Source: Prolixibacteraceae bacterium
GTDB taxonomy: Bacteria; Bacteroidota; Bacteroidia; Bacteroidales; Prolixibacteraceae
Direction: 5' to 3'
DNA: 64,000 nucleotides
NCBI GenBank assembly: GCA_035353695.1
Contig: DAOQAB010000005.1
Coordinates: forward strand, 6,114-70,113
The notes below the pieces were generated by a model, which was not told the origin of the DNA, searched no databases, and saw nothing but the letters and a program-made list of their open reading frames with translations. The position numbers and the translations under genes were made by a program. Of the stretch, positions 27,801 to 36,433 are shown piece after piece (positions within the stretch are counted from its first letter, which is position 1; each line of letters begins with the position of its first letter).

Positions 27801-28996
27801 CTCCACGGGGAGGCAAAATAACGATTGTACCCGAAGTCGTAAACGATGCCGTAGGAAACCGGATGTTGTCGGTCTCTGTAATCGATAATGGAAACGGGAT
27901 CTCCGAGAAAGATTTGCCGTTTGTTTTCGACCGCTTTTATCAGGGAGAAGAGAAAAGCAGTTTGCAGCAAGGTACGGGCATCGGATTACATCTGGTGAAG
28001 AATTTGATCGAATTGCACCACGGAACGATAGAAGTAGAAAGTGTACGAAACGTTCAGACAATCTTCAAAATGACGATCCCGATAGAAAAAACAGCCTATC
28101 TGAAAGATGAATTTCTCGATCAACAGGAAATGCCTTTCAACCCAATCCCTGATGTTTCCAGCCTGGTGAATGTGCCGGTAGAAGAAAAAATACAGGAGGC
28201 TACGAACCGGGAAACACGCAAAAGGATTCTGGTTGTTGAGGACAATGCCGATATCCGGAATTACATCAAAAGTATACTTGGACAGGATTATACCATCGAA
28301 GAAGCCGAAAATGGTTTGATCGGCTGGGACTTGGTTGGATTGAATGAATTTGATTTGGTTATCAGTGATATCATGATGCCGGAGATGGATGGTATTGAAA
28401 TGTGCCGGAGGATGAAAGCTTCAGTCGAAACCGATCACATCCCAATCATTTTGCTCACGGCCAAATCGGATATTGAGAACCGGATTGAAGGGTTAAGCCT
28501 GGGTGCCGACTCTTACATTACCAAACCGTTCCACCCGAAACACCTCACGGTTCGGGTGGCCAAACTGATTGAGCTCCGGGAGCTTCTGAAGGAACGTTAT
28601 AGCCGGAAAATTTTGTTGGGAGAATTTCATGATCCGGATAAGAAAACCGATTCGACCGAAGAACTTTTCCTGAAGAAAACGATCTCCATTATTTCCGAAA
28701 AAATGATTGAATCGGAGTTTAATGGCGATATTCTCGCTTCGGAACTAAATATCAGCCGAATGGGGCTGCATCGTAAAATTAAGGCGCTCACCGGACAAAC
28801 AACCGGCGAATTTATCCGGAATATCAGGCTTAAAAAGGCTTGTGAGTTACTGAGTGTTGATGGAATGAATATTTCAGAAGTTTGTTACAGCGTTGGGTTT
28901 AATTCTCCATCCTATTTTACGACCTGTTTTACGGAATTGTATAAAATGACGCCAACCGAATACGTGAGAAACCTGAAATTGAAAGGTCCGAAATAG
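24875..28996 (+). CDS. hybrid two-component system (HTCS) sensor kinase / response regulator with AraC-type DNA-binding domain
   Basis: The periplasmic part has beta-propeller repeats (recurrent ..WIGT..GL) and a Y_Y_Y-type domain, followed by a TM segment. It also has an H-box FFTNISHELRTPLTLI, an ATPase motif GTGIGLHLVKNL, a receiver (VVEDNADIR...ISDIMMPEMDG...LTAK) and an AraC HTH tail. Start chosen at MKRWADEFKWFFWVVFLLG. Confidence 0.9.
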   Translation: MKRWADEFKWFFWVVFLLGVNSSLWAQKIESPLISKLSTEEGLSSNTVYSILQDDKGFIWIATELGLNKFDGKDLTCFATGKGRYSLSHNRTQTMLMAPDGNIWAGTSDGLNIYDYASDSIIQVRTTTKPLFLVYNDITVLSPSIDQSKIWIGTYGAGVNYFDWKTKEFHSFPLPKLNDVSDPLNIMSLLEDDNNRLWIGTQTNGLYRYDLKEKKFEYYHLPENGRFVRVIYQDNFRRIWIGTSKGCYIYNETNNRLDLVTYPERLISSSIGTIREDRNGKLWIGTEMFLMDFSVRAFSLTESFSYQMFESGESTSRLSCPSVNTVYADLENNVWIGTAWGGVNMLKGSPAKFLLFKHDADRQNSLPSSPVTNISNDGNNTLYVVTMGTGKVGLCSMNIVTGEVAELPIDRKLPGYVYESVLVDSDRDLWIGTYNQGLIRTSLNRSDFKQFLSDPSNPASLPDNDVRAIYEGTDKTIWIGTNNGLARYDKRTSQMSTVKISENRHISIRSIKEDKSGTLWLGTYGNAVITYNPRTGVVNNTPMDSVMPHIVSNIIFNNDVVWIAANGEGVLKFDTKTKKHRYFNEKDGLASNYTVSVQCDRQGNVWVGHGKGISKINTTTNEIVNFNSGDGVQPREFSENAALTLPNGLMVFAGFGGITVFDPMNVVKDDKCPRVIFTKLLVSNEVVAPSENKRKHSPIKENISLAQRIDLRYDQSVFTIEFMGVNYNANQKIQYAYLLEGSDKDWNQLGNQNSVTFRNLKSGEYTFKVKASSPDAVWTDSNIISLTIVIHPPFWASVWAYLIYSVLLLVLFYFIGLFIIVRIEAANNLKIERAQREKEEELHQEKLQFFTNISHELRTPLTLIIGPLETMQLEESDEEKKSNIKLMLHNAKRLLSMVNQLLDFRKAERGQMKLKVQYADIIASFREIVISFEELKRQKAIELAILCPEEKIMAWYDVEFINKSLINLLSNAFKFTPRGGKITIVPEVVNDAVGNRMLSVSVIDNGNGISEKDLPFVFDRFYQGEEKSSLQQGTGIGLHLVKNLIELHHGTIEVESVRNVQTIFKMTIPIEKTAYLKDEFLDQQEMPFNPIPDVSSLVNVPVEEKIQEATNRETRKRILVVEDNADIRNYIKSILGQDYTIEEAENGLIGWDLVGLNEFDLVISDIMMPEMDGIEMCRRMKASVETDHIPIILLTAKSDIENRIEGLSLGADSYITKPFHPKHLTVRVAKLIELRELLKERYSRKILLGEFHDPDKKTDSTEELFLKKTISIISEKMIESEFNGDILASELNISRMGLHRKIKALTGQTTGEFIRNIRLKKACELLSVDGMNISEVCYSVGFNSPSYFTTCFTELYKMTPTEYVRNLKLKGPK

Positions 28997-29025
28997 CGAA
29001 TTTTGTTATTGAGGAGTGTAATTTT

Positions 29026-29661
29026 TTAAAGTGAAGTGATCATCTCCAGCCTTTCAACCACGGTGGCTTTCGTCTCCTTCAACCTTTTTAAACTCTGGTG
29101 CCCGTTGCCAACCAGGATACATTCGCATCCAAGCGCGGAGGCAACTTCAAAATCGTGCGTGGTGTCGCCTATAAAACAGGCTCTTTCGGGCAAGATCTGG
29201 TAATTGTGGAAAAGTTCCTGCCCAAGTTCGGTTTTGGAGGTGGCCAAATGGTTGTCGAGTCCGGTAAAGGTTTCGAAATAATCCCTGATTTTGAAATGAT
29301 CGATAGATTCTTCCAAAATCCCAAGTTCCGAGGCCGAAAGAATCATCTGCCGCTTCCCCTGATTTTGAAAAAAAGTAAGCACCTCAATGGCGAAATCTTG
29401 TAGGTTACATTCTTTTATTTTTGAGGTGTAGAGGTCGATGTATTGATGGGCTGGTATTTCAAAAGGCTCTTTCTGAAAATCGAAACCAATGCGCCGATAG
29501 TAATCAATTACCGGAAAACCAAACAGATCGAGGTATTTTTGACGGCCGATCTCTGGTAATTTCCGGTCTGAAAGAAGCTGGTTTATCGATTCAATGCAAA
29601 TGTCAATGTCGTCGAGCAGTGTGCCATTCCAATCCCAGATAATGGTGTCGAAATGTTTCAT
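29026..29661 (-). CDS. HAD-superfamily hydrolase (PGP-like), atypical motif I
   Basis: Motif I is IIWDWNGTLLDD and motif IV is FIGDTTHD. Its start overlaps the stop of the upstream acyltransferase gene (ATGA). Confidence 0.8.
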   Translation of the reverse strand: MKHFDTIIWDWNGTLLDDIDICIESINQLLSDRKLPEIGRQKYLDLFGFPVIDYYRRIGFDFQKEPFEIPAHQYIDLYTSKIKECNLQDFAIEVLTFFQNQGKRQMILSASELGILEESIDHFKIRDYFETFTGLDNHLATSKTELGQELFHNYQILPERACFIGDTTHDFEVASALGCECILVGNGHQSLKRLKETKATVVERLEMITSL

Positions 29662-30797
29662 TGCCCAATGTTTTTCTCAAAGTTTACGACCGGGTTGGCA
29701 TACATTTGAAGGTACATTTCGGTCGCTTCAGCCTGATCGAAGGCAATAGAGGCAACTTCTGATTTCATCCGCTGAACAAACGCTTCTTTTTCTGAAGCAC
29801 AGTATTTATCGGAATGCGTTGTCGTGTTTAAAAGTAAATCGTACGCGATGAAATTGTTCGGCCAAAGTTTGTAATTTTTGTAAATGGTTTTATTAATGTA
29901 TTCCGATATAGCCTGGATCGATTCGTTCATGTTTTTCCCGAAAATGAGTTCAACAAGCCGGGTGTTTAGCGGGTCTCCAAAGGCAAAATGAATTCCGCCT
30001 TTGGGGGACATGATCCCGTTGGCCATGCTTTTTAAATCGTCCTGCTGGGATTTTTCGAAGTTGGGATTATATTTTCTTTTCAGTAATTCTTCCACTTTAG
30101 AAATTCCACAGGGTTCAATCTCATACGAGATGGATAAAGGAACAATGTTTAGTTCGAAGAATCCTTCGAGAAGGGAACCTGAATTGCTCATGTTCAACAT
30201 TTTCAGGATGGCTGGTTGGGTAAGGTCGTTGCCGTTTTTGGTGCGTCCTTCGCGCTGAGCCAGCCAGATTGATTCCCCTTTTTGGGCCAATGTATAACGG
30301 ATATACGAAGAGAGTTTTTTTGAGGCTTCGAGCTGTTCCCGTAAGCCCAGGTTGCGTTTTACGATAAACGACCGGTTGATGCGAACCATTTTTTTAATCC
30401 AGTCGTAAATGAGCAAATTGTCGCCAATGGCAATTTCGGTTTTCCGGATTCCCCTTTTGTGCATGATGAGGTTCAATAAGGCAGAATCGAGGATAATATC
30501 CCTGTGATTGGATATAAAAAGGTATTTCTCTTCCTGATGAAATTGCTCAACTTCGCTGAATGTGATGCCGTTGGTGCTGATTTTTTCGATGTAGAGCAAT
30601 AACGGGCAAATGATCTTTTCCTGAAAATCATCTACATTGTCGATGGTTGAGAGAAGCTTTAGCAAGCCTTCTTTTTCTCCGGGTTGATTATATAGCCGGT
30701 CAACAATTGATACGAACATCGGATCAGAAACCAATTCTGAAATGGCTCCGGGTATTTCGTTTTTGTTATAGGGGCGTATATCATCAAATTCGGTCAT
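29658..30797 (-). CDS. PlsC-family (lysophospholipid/glycerol-3-phosphate type) acyltransferase
   Basis: It has a FISNHRDIILDSALL catalytic-His block and an EGRTKNG block typical of the acyltransferase family. The ATG at 30797 is preferred; the track start at 30821 is a TTG. Confidence 0.7.
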   Translation of the reverse strand: MTEFDDIRPYNKNEIPGAISELVSDPMFVSIVDRLYNQPGEKEGLLKLLSTIDNVDDFQEKIICPLLLYIEKISTNGITFSEVEQFHQEEKYLFISNHRDIILDSALLNLIMHKRGIRKTEIAIGDNLLIYDWIKKMVRINRSFIVKRNLGLREQLEASKKLSSYIRYTLAQKGESIWLAQREGRTKNGNDLTQPAILKMLNMSNSGSLLEGFFELNIVPLSISYEIEPCGISKVEELLKRKYNPNFEKSQQDDLKSMANGIMSPKGGIHFAFGDPLNTRLVELIFGKNMNESIQAISEYINKTIYKNYKLWPNNFIAYDLLLNTTTHSDKYCASEKEAFVQRMKSEVASIAFDQAEATEMYLQMYANPVVNFEKNIGQ

Positions 30798-30860
30798 GTA
30801 TATATATTTTTGGAATTGCAAAGGTATAGAAATCCATTGAAGCTGAAAAGATGACCAGGG

Positions 30861-32903
30861 TCAGAATTGAAACCTTACTTGTAGTTTTATCTCCGTTTTG
30901 TGGTTTTTATCGATTTGACTGTACCCTGATCCAATTGATTTTGTGTTGTTTAAATAGCGTGTTTGTGAAAGTTTAAAATAGAAAGAAATCTTTCTGGAGC
31001 TCTTCAATCTCAGGTTCACGTAGTATCTCAACCCGTTCAGGTAATAGGATGGTATGTAGAAACTGGATGGAACATCGTTTTCGTAAGCATAGATCCTTGA
31101 ATTGTAATCTTTGGTGTCGAACCATGCCAGGCGGGCTGTTGCCGCAAAGCGGTCGTTGGATGTATGAAACGAGGCGTCGGTAAGAACGAGCCATCCCTGA
31201 TCCAGGGAATCGCTTTCTTTCATCCCCGACCATTCGGTCCTGAACCTGAAGTTAAAGTTTTCGCTGGCATTCCATTCTACGTTCAGTCGTACCCGGTTGG
31301 TCTGGTTTGTTTCATCTTTTTTGATGATGGAAGAGTTTGCGGAATTCTGGTTGCGGGTTTCGGTTCGGTACCGTAACGAAAGGGTGATTTTTTTTGACAA
31401 CGAGAAATCGGTTTCAATCAGGAAATCAGCTCCTTTAATTGGAGCCAGCGAAGTGTACTTCACCCAATGCGATTCATACAGGTCGAGATAGGAATTGATG
31501 GTGACTTTCGGAATGGCGTAGCAGGTGAGGCTGGCGTAGAGACCCCGTTCGTTCGAGACGGATCCAAATTCGGAAAAGGAACTTCCATTGATGGAATGAA
31601 AATCTTTTTGATAATTCCGGTAAAGAAGGTTGAACGACAATTCATCCGAAGGGCTTGCCTCAATGCCTGAAGTAAAAGCAAGACCTCCAGATTTGCTGAC
31701 AGCAACTTCACCAAAAAGGTGGATGTTGTTTAAGATCAGCAGATAATCGGTGCTTAGATTGTAATTGGTTTTTCCACTGAAATAGAATTGGTTGTAAAGT
31801 TTTGGGGTTGGTTCAATCGGAAGGCTGAAGTGCTGAAATCCTCCGTTAATCCCGGCAGTGAAGCGGTTTTTGGTGTATTTGGCTGTCATTCCGGTGGTTT
31901 GGGCGTTCAGTGATTTTTTGTCCGCAATTTCACTTTCGGTGCGGTGGTATCCCGATGTTTGCAGCGACGAGACGGCAGAAGGGAAGTTATTTTCGTCGTA
32001 CTCCGAGATATTGGCATCACAGTTTTTGTTCGAATAGAAAGCGATCAGATCAATTTGGTTGAATTTGAATTGGATGGCGGTTCCCCGGAAGAAGCCATAT
32101 TCCGAAGTGGAAGCATAGGGGCGGATTCCCTGGCCGGAGAAATGGATGCTGGTGGCTTCGGCTGTTTTGCGGCCACCGTAACCCGACCAGAAAATTAATC
32201 CCTGACCCGTTTTTACCTGAAAGTCGCCCAGGTAAATTTTTCGCAGGGTTTTAGTCCCTTTCCAGCCCAAAAAACCCGAGTAGAAATCAAATCCAGCCGG
32301 GTTTGAACCCGAGAAAAACTCTTCGCCGGCGTCGTTCTCGGCTGTTACTCCCCATTCAAATTTCCCGCTTTTATCGGCATGATATTTCAGGTATAGCTTG
32401 GGTTCGATACCCGCAAATTTTCTGACACTGTCTTCATTTTCAATAAAACCGTTTGCCTTCTCAAAGACGTACTGGCTCCGCAGGTTCACTTCATTTTTGA
32501 AATAGTTCCCGACAATTTCGGGTGGGGAGAAGATGATAAATAGGGTTAGGTCGTCTACCACCTTTTCGTTGAAACCATCCACATTCAGCAATTCCTGGGG
32601 CGAAAAGAGTTGTCCCATTTTGTCGCGGTAGGCGAGGAGGTTTTCAATCTGATAATCATTCAGAATCAACAGCTTTTCCAAATCATCGCGTGTTGCCGTG
32701 TTGAGGTTCATTGGTGATTCCATATAGTGCTCAAGCTCTTCGAGGATGTCCGACAGGTCGGCATCGTCTTCCGTATCGCCGGTATAGGATTCTGCAATAC
32801 ATTCGAGTACCCGGTCTTTTGAAAAATCAGATGGTTCCTGCGCGTGTGCTTTTGCATAAAACAGGATGATGCCCAGAACAATATGAATGGCCCGGATTTT
32901 CAT
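30861..32903 (-). CDS. secreted protein: ComEA-like helix-hairpin-helix domain fused to a large predicted outer-membrane beta-barrel
   Basis: It has a signal peptide (...YAKAHAQ). The HhH region is MNLNTATRDDLEKLLILNDYQIENLLAYRDKMGQLFSPQELLNVDGF. About 540 aa of alternating beta-strand pattern follow, ending ...IKLQVRFQF (terminal Phe). Confidence 0.7.
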   Translation of the reverse strand: MKIRAIHIVLGIILFYAKAHAQEPSDFSKDRVLECIAESYTGDTEDDADLSDILEELEHYMESPMNLNTATRDDLEKLLILNDYQIENLLAYRDKMGQLFSPQELLNVDGFNEKVVDDLTLFIIFSPPEIVGNYFKNEVNLRSQYVFEKANGFIENEDSVRKFAGIEPKLYLKYHADKSGKFEWGVTAENDAGEEFFSGSNPAGFDFYSGFLGWKGTKTLRKIYLGDFQVKTGQGLIFWSGYGGRKTAEATSIHFSGQGIRPYASTSEYGFFRGTAIQFKFNQIDLIAFYSNKNCDANISEYDENNFPSAVSSLQTSGYHRTESEIADKKSLNAQTTGMTAKYTKNRFTAGINGGFQHFSLPIEPTPKLYNQFYFSGKTNYNLSTDYLLILNNIHLFGEVAVSKSGGLAFTSGIEASPSDELSFNLLYRNYQKDFHSINGSSFSEFGSVSNERGLYASLTCYAIPKVTINSYLDLYESHWVKYTSLAPIKGADFLIETDFSLSKKITLSLRYRTETRNQNSANSSIIKKDETNQTNRVRLNVEWNASENFNFRFRTEWSGMKESDSLDQGWLVLTDASFHTSNDRFAATARLAWFDTKDYNSRIYAYENDVPSSFYIPSYYLNGLRYYVNLRLKSSRKISFYFKLSQTRYLNNTKSIGSGYSQIDKNHKTEIKLQVRFQF

Positions 32904-33730
32904 TTTGAGCGGAAGGTAATGGACACCGAAGGGGTAATACCCAACTGCTGATGATCGCAGAAGGCTAAGTTGGTTTCGATGAAACGGTAACGGTATCCCA
33001 AACCGAAAAACAATTTGGTGGAGCCGGTATTATAACCTGTCCGGATGAACAGACCCGAAATTACTTGCCATTCCAACCCGACTTTCAGTAAAGGGGTTAC
33101 TGCTTCACTTTTTTCGGCTTCGGCACTGATTTTTAGGTTATCAGCAATCATGGAATGCAACCCCAGCCTGATCCGGTACGGGATTTTTTCTTTGTAGTTA
33201 CTTGTTTTTATTGGTACAGAAAAAGGATTTGCCAGATGGATGCCGGCAAAAGTTTTTGAGGTGACCTGGTAAATAAATCCCACTTCTTCACCAACCGTTG
33301 AAACGGTTCTGTTTTCCTCCGGCAGTTTCATCCCGAAATAATTGAACTGAATGCCTGCCGATAGTTTGGACGATAGCTGTTTGGCACAGGCCAGCGAAAT
33401 AACCGACTCACGCCATTCTGCCGGGCCGAGAGAAAAATAGGATAGCGCAAATTTGGCTGTTTTTGTTGGTATGCCAACCAACAGGCCTTGCTGAGAAAGC
33501 TCTTTCAACAGAAACTTATTTTCATAAAAAAGAGTGACCGAGAGGCCTTCTATTTTGGACAGTCCGGCCTGGTTGTGAAATGCTGCAGACAGGCCGTACT
33601 GGCTGACAAAAGCATTGCCCATGCCCAGCGGGTGGCTTCCGGATGGATTGACAGGTGTTAAAGCCTGTGTCGACAACGAGATAAATCCGGCAGACAGGAA
33701 TAGTATGGTTTGTTTCAGAAGCAATTTCAT
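32900..33730 (-). CDS. predicted outer-membrane beta-barrel protein (PorV/PorQ-type resemblance, uncertain)
   Basis: It has a signal peptide ...SLSTQA, a GMGNAFVS motif near the N-terminus and an amphipathic strand pattern. There is a 4-nt ATGA overlap with the downstream HhH gene. Confidence 0.6.
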   Translation of the reverse strand: MKLLLKQTILFLSAGFISLSTQALTPVNPSGSHPLGMGNAFVSQYGLSAAFHNQAGLSKIEGLSVTLFYENKFLLKELSQQGLLVGIPTKTAKFALSYFSLGPAEWRESVISLACAKQLSSKLSAGIQFNYFGMKLPEENRTVSTVGEEVGFIYQVTSKTFAGIHLANPFSVPIKTSNYKEKIPYRIRLGLHSMIADNLKISAEAEKSEAVTPLLKVGLEWQVISGLFIRTGYNTGSTKLFFGLGYRYRFIETNLAFCDHQQLGITPSVSITFRSK

Positions 33731-33875
33731 GGGTTGGTTTTTGAAAATGCACTGATGGTATTTGTTTGTTATCCCAAAAGTTAAGACATTTTTTCAAAGA
33801 ACTCAACCCCTTTGTTGGATTCGTATTCGAAAATTCGCCGTTAGGTTCTGATCCGTTTAATTTGGGAGTAAACAA

Positions 33876-33908
33876 AAAAGAAGTTTCTCGGGTGGAAAAA
33901 CTTCTTTT
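33876..33908 (-). terminator. hairpin terminator after purE
   Basis: An 11-bp perfect stem pairs AAAAGAAGTTT (33876-33886) with AAACTTCTTTT (33898-33908), with an 11-nt loop. A/T runs lie on both sides. Confidence 0.5.
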
Positions 33909-33935
33909 TGAAAAAATAGCGTAGTTAAAAATTGG

Positions 33936-34442
33936 TCAATTTGTTTTGAATTTGAACTTCACTTCGGCCAGCTCCTCATTGGCTTTAATGATCTTTTTCT
34001 TCAAACCTTCTTTGTAGTTGCCCAGCCTTTTCGCGATGGTTTCGTCGCTGAGAGCGAGCATTTGTGCGGCAAGGATACCCGCATTCATCGCTCCGTTGAT
34101 GCCAACGGTCGCAACCGGTATTCCCGGAGGCATTTGCACAATAGCCAGCAATGCATCCATGCCGTCGAGGCTGGCATTGATTGGGACGCCAATCACCGGG
34201 ATGGTGGTCATGGATGCAATAACACCGCAAAGATGGGCAGCCATGCCCGCGGCGGCAATTATTACCTTGATTCCTCTTTCACTGGCTCCTTTGGCAAATT
34301 TTTCAACCTCTTCGGGGGTGCGATGAGCCGATAGAGCGTTCATCTCGAAAGGAATTTCAAACTCATCCAGAATTTTGGCCGCTTTTTCCATTACCGGTAA
34401 GTCGCTGGCACTGCCCATAATAATGCTTACAACTGCTTTCAT
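33936..34442 (-). CDS. purE: 5-(carboxyamino)imidazole ribonucleotide mutase
   Basis: 168 aa, with IIMGSASDL, AAGMAAHL and the VPI...G..ALL..VQMP motif pattern. Confidence 0.9.
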   Translation of the reverse strand: MKAVVSIIMGSASDLPVMEKAAKILDEFEIPFEMNALSAHRTPEEVEKFAKGASERGIKVIIAAAGMAAHLCGVIASMTTIPVIGVPINASLDGMDALLAIVQMPPGIPVATVGINGAMNAGILAAQMLALSDETIAKRLGNYKEGLKKKIIKANEELAEVKFKFKTN

Positions 34443-34604
34443 CTTGTCTTTTTTTACAGGTATTCATTCATTTGGTGCCAAGATACAATTTTTTCGTTTT
34501 TCCTTTCCTTTAAGTTTTGGTTTTCAATTTCAGGAAACTATTCGTTTTTTCATTTTTTTGACAGTTATTTGTACGATTAATTTTCATTCATCAACAACAA
34601 AAAA

Positions 34605-35144
34605 ATGGACAGAATAAAACTAATCGACAAGGAATTCGAGATATATATTCCGTTTTCCCGCATAAAGGAAGCAATTCGTAATATTGCTGATCGAATCAAT
34701 AAAGACCTTGCTGGCGAGGATGTGTTATTTATTTGTATTCTGAATGGTTCCTTTATGTTTTCGGCTGAGTTGATGAAGGAGATAACCATTCTGGGCAGTG
34801 AGATCACTTTTTTGAAGCTCTCTTCGTACGAAGGAACCGATACGACCGGACAGGTGAAAAAATTAATCGGACTTTACGAACCCATCGAAGGGCGTACGCT
34901 GGTTATTTTGGAAGATATTATCGACACCGGGATTACCATCCGCGAGGTTATGGATATTCTTAAATCGCACCATCCCAAGAGCGTTAAAATTGCGACCATG
35001 CTTCTTAAACCTGAAAAATTTGGGAATAAGATTCCAATTGATTATGTGGGGATGGAAATAGGAAACGATTTTATTGTTGGTTTTGGACTCGATTACAATC
35101 ATAAAGGAAGAAATTTGAAAGACATTTATAAAGTTGTAGAATAA
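34605..35144 (+). CDS. hpt: hypoxanthine phosphoribosyltransferase
   Basis: 179 aa, with the PRPP-binding motif LVILEDIIDTGITI and the GFGLDY block. Confidence 0.85.
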   Translation: MDRIKLIDKEFEIYIPFSRIKEAIRNIADRINKDLAGEDVLFICILNGSFMFSAELMKEITILGSEITFLKLSSYEGTDTTGQVKKLIGLYEPIEGRTLVILEDIIDTGITIREVMDILKSHHPKSVKIATMLLKPEKFGNKIPIDYVGMEIGNDFIVGFGLDYNHKGRNLKDIYKVVE

Positions 35145-35162
35145 TTTAATCAATCGTTTTCC

Positions 35163-35735
35163 ATGTTAAATCTTGTACTTTTTGGTCCTCCGGGAGCAGG
35201 TAAAGGAACCCAGGCTGAATTTTTAGTTGAAACGTTTAAATTGGTGCATCTTTCAACCGGTGATTTGTTGCGTAGCCAGATTGCCAAAAAAACCGAGTTG
35301 GGTTTGCAGGCTGAAGTAATCATTGGAAGAGGTGAGTTGGTGCCCGATGAAGTGGTTGTCGGGATGATCAAATCAAAAATTCAGGAAGAAAAGGGCTGTA
35401 ATGGTTTCATCTTCGATGGCTTTCCTCGTACGGTGAAACAAGCCAGGGAATTGGATGTGCTGCTTCAGGAGCAAAACACCGCTGTTTCGGGAATGCTGGC
35501 CTTGGTGGTTGAAAAGCAGGAATTGATCAATCGTTTGCTCGAAAGGGGAAAGACTTCGGGCCGGGCCGACGATCAGGATGTTTCGATCATTGAAAACCGA
35601 ATCAATGTTTACAACCAGAAAACAGCTCCGCTAATCGATTTCTACGAAGCCCAGAAAAAATATTATCCGGTTGAAGGTGTTGGCTCAATCCCGGAAATTG
35701 CTGCCCGACTGAAAGCAGTAGTGTGTCAATTTTAA
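35163..35735 (+). CDS. adk: adenylate kinase (short form)
   Basis: P-loop GPPGAGKGTQ, plus LSTGDLLR and DGFPRT motifs. Confidence 0.9.
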   Translation: MLNLVLFGPPGAGKGTQAEFLVETFKLVHLSTGDLLRSQIAKKTELGLQAEVIIGRGELVPDEVVVGMIKSKIQEEKGCNGFIFDGFPRTVKQARELDVLLQEQNTAVSGMLALVVEKQELINRLLERGKTSGRADDQDVSIIENRINVYNQKTAPLIDFYEAQKKYYPVEGVGSIPEIAARLKAVVCQF

Positions 35736-36433
35736 TCGGCTGTTTTACATTCAATAATATAACCCACTTTGGGAATATTGCTGATCTGAACCGAAGAATC
35801 TTCGGAGAGGTATTTGCGAAGTTTGGCGATAAACACATCGAGGCTCCTGCCAATAAAATAGTCATTGTCTCCCCAGATGGAGAAGAGGATCGAATCACGG
35901 GTGACTATTTCGTTTGCAGAGAGGCAAAGTTGCCGCAAAACTTCGCTTTCCTTTTTAGTCAACCTTCTTGGTTGTTCCCCAATCGTCAATAACTGGTTTT
36001 TATAATCGAAAAGGTATTTCCCAATTTTGAACAGGTCGGTGCTGTTTTTTTCAGTGGGCTGTATGTTGTACCGGTTGATGATGGCGTTGATGCGGCAGAG
36101 CAGTTCGTCTTCGTCGAAAGGTTTGGTAATGTAGTCGTCGCCACCCAGATCGAACCCTTTGATTTTGTCAATTTTCATCGAACGTGCGGTGAGGAAAATA
36201 ATCGGAATAGTTTTGTTTTCAGCCCGTACCCTTTGGGCTAGCGAAAAACCGTCGATACCGGGAAGCATCACATCGAAAATGCAGAAATCGAAATGATTCG
36301 ATTTGTACCCGTTCAAACCAGATTCCCCGTCGCGGTAGAGTTTTACTTCAAAACCATTCGATTCCAGAAAATCAACAAGAAGGAATCCCAGGTTGGTGTC
36401 GTCTTCGACCAACAATATTTTAGTTCGTTTCAT
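35732..36433 (-). CDS. OmpR/PhoB-type response regulator
   Basis: The receiver region reads ILLVEDD...CIFDVMLPGIDG...LTAR and is followed by a winged-helix C-terminal domain. Its start overlaps the kinase gene by 14 nt. Confidence 0.9.
   Translation of the reverse strand: MKRTKILLVEDDTNLGFLLVDFLESNGFEVKLYRDGESGLNGYKSNHFDFCIFDVMLPGIDGFSLAQRVRAENKTIPIIFLTARSMKIDKIKGFDLGGDDYITKPFDEDELLCRINAIINRYNIQPTEKNSTDLFKIGKYLFDYKNQLLTIGEQPRRLTKKESEVLRQLCLSANEIVTRDSILFSIWGDNDYFIGRSLDVFIAKLRKYLSEDSSVQISNIPKVGYIIECKTAD

Noticed and set aside
34443-34604. Looked for a purine riboswitch or other leader structure between the divergent purE and hpt genes.
   Set aside because: No conserved purine-riboswitch core or convincing three-way junction is visible. 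The region is simply AT-rich promoter DNA.
35732-35735. Convergent adk and response-regulator genes share overlapping stop codons (TTAA) with no intergenic terminator.
   Set aside because: This is a real feature of the sequence but probably just compact packing. There is no further structure to interpret.
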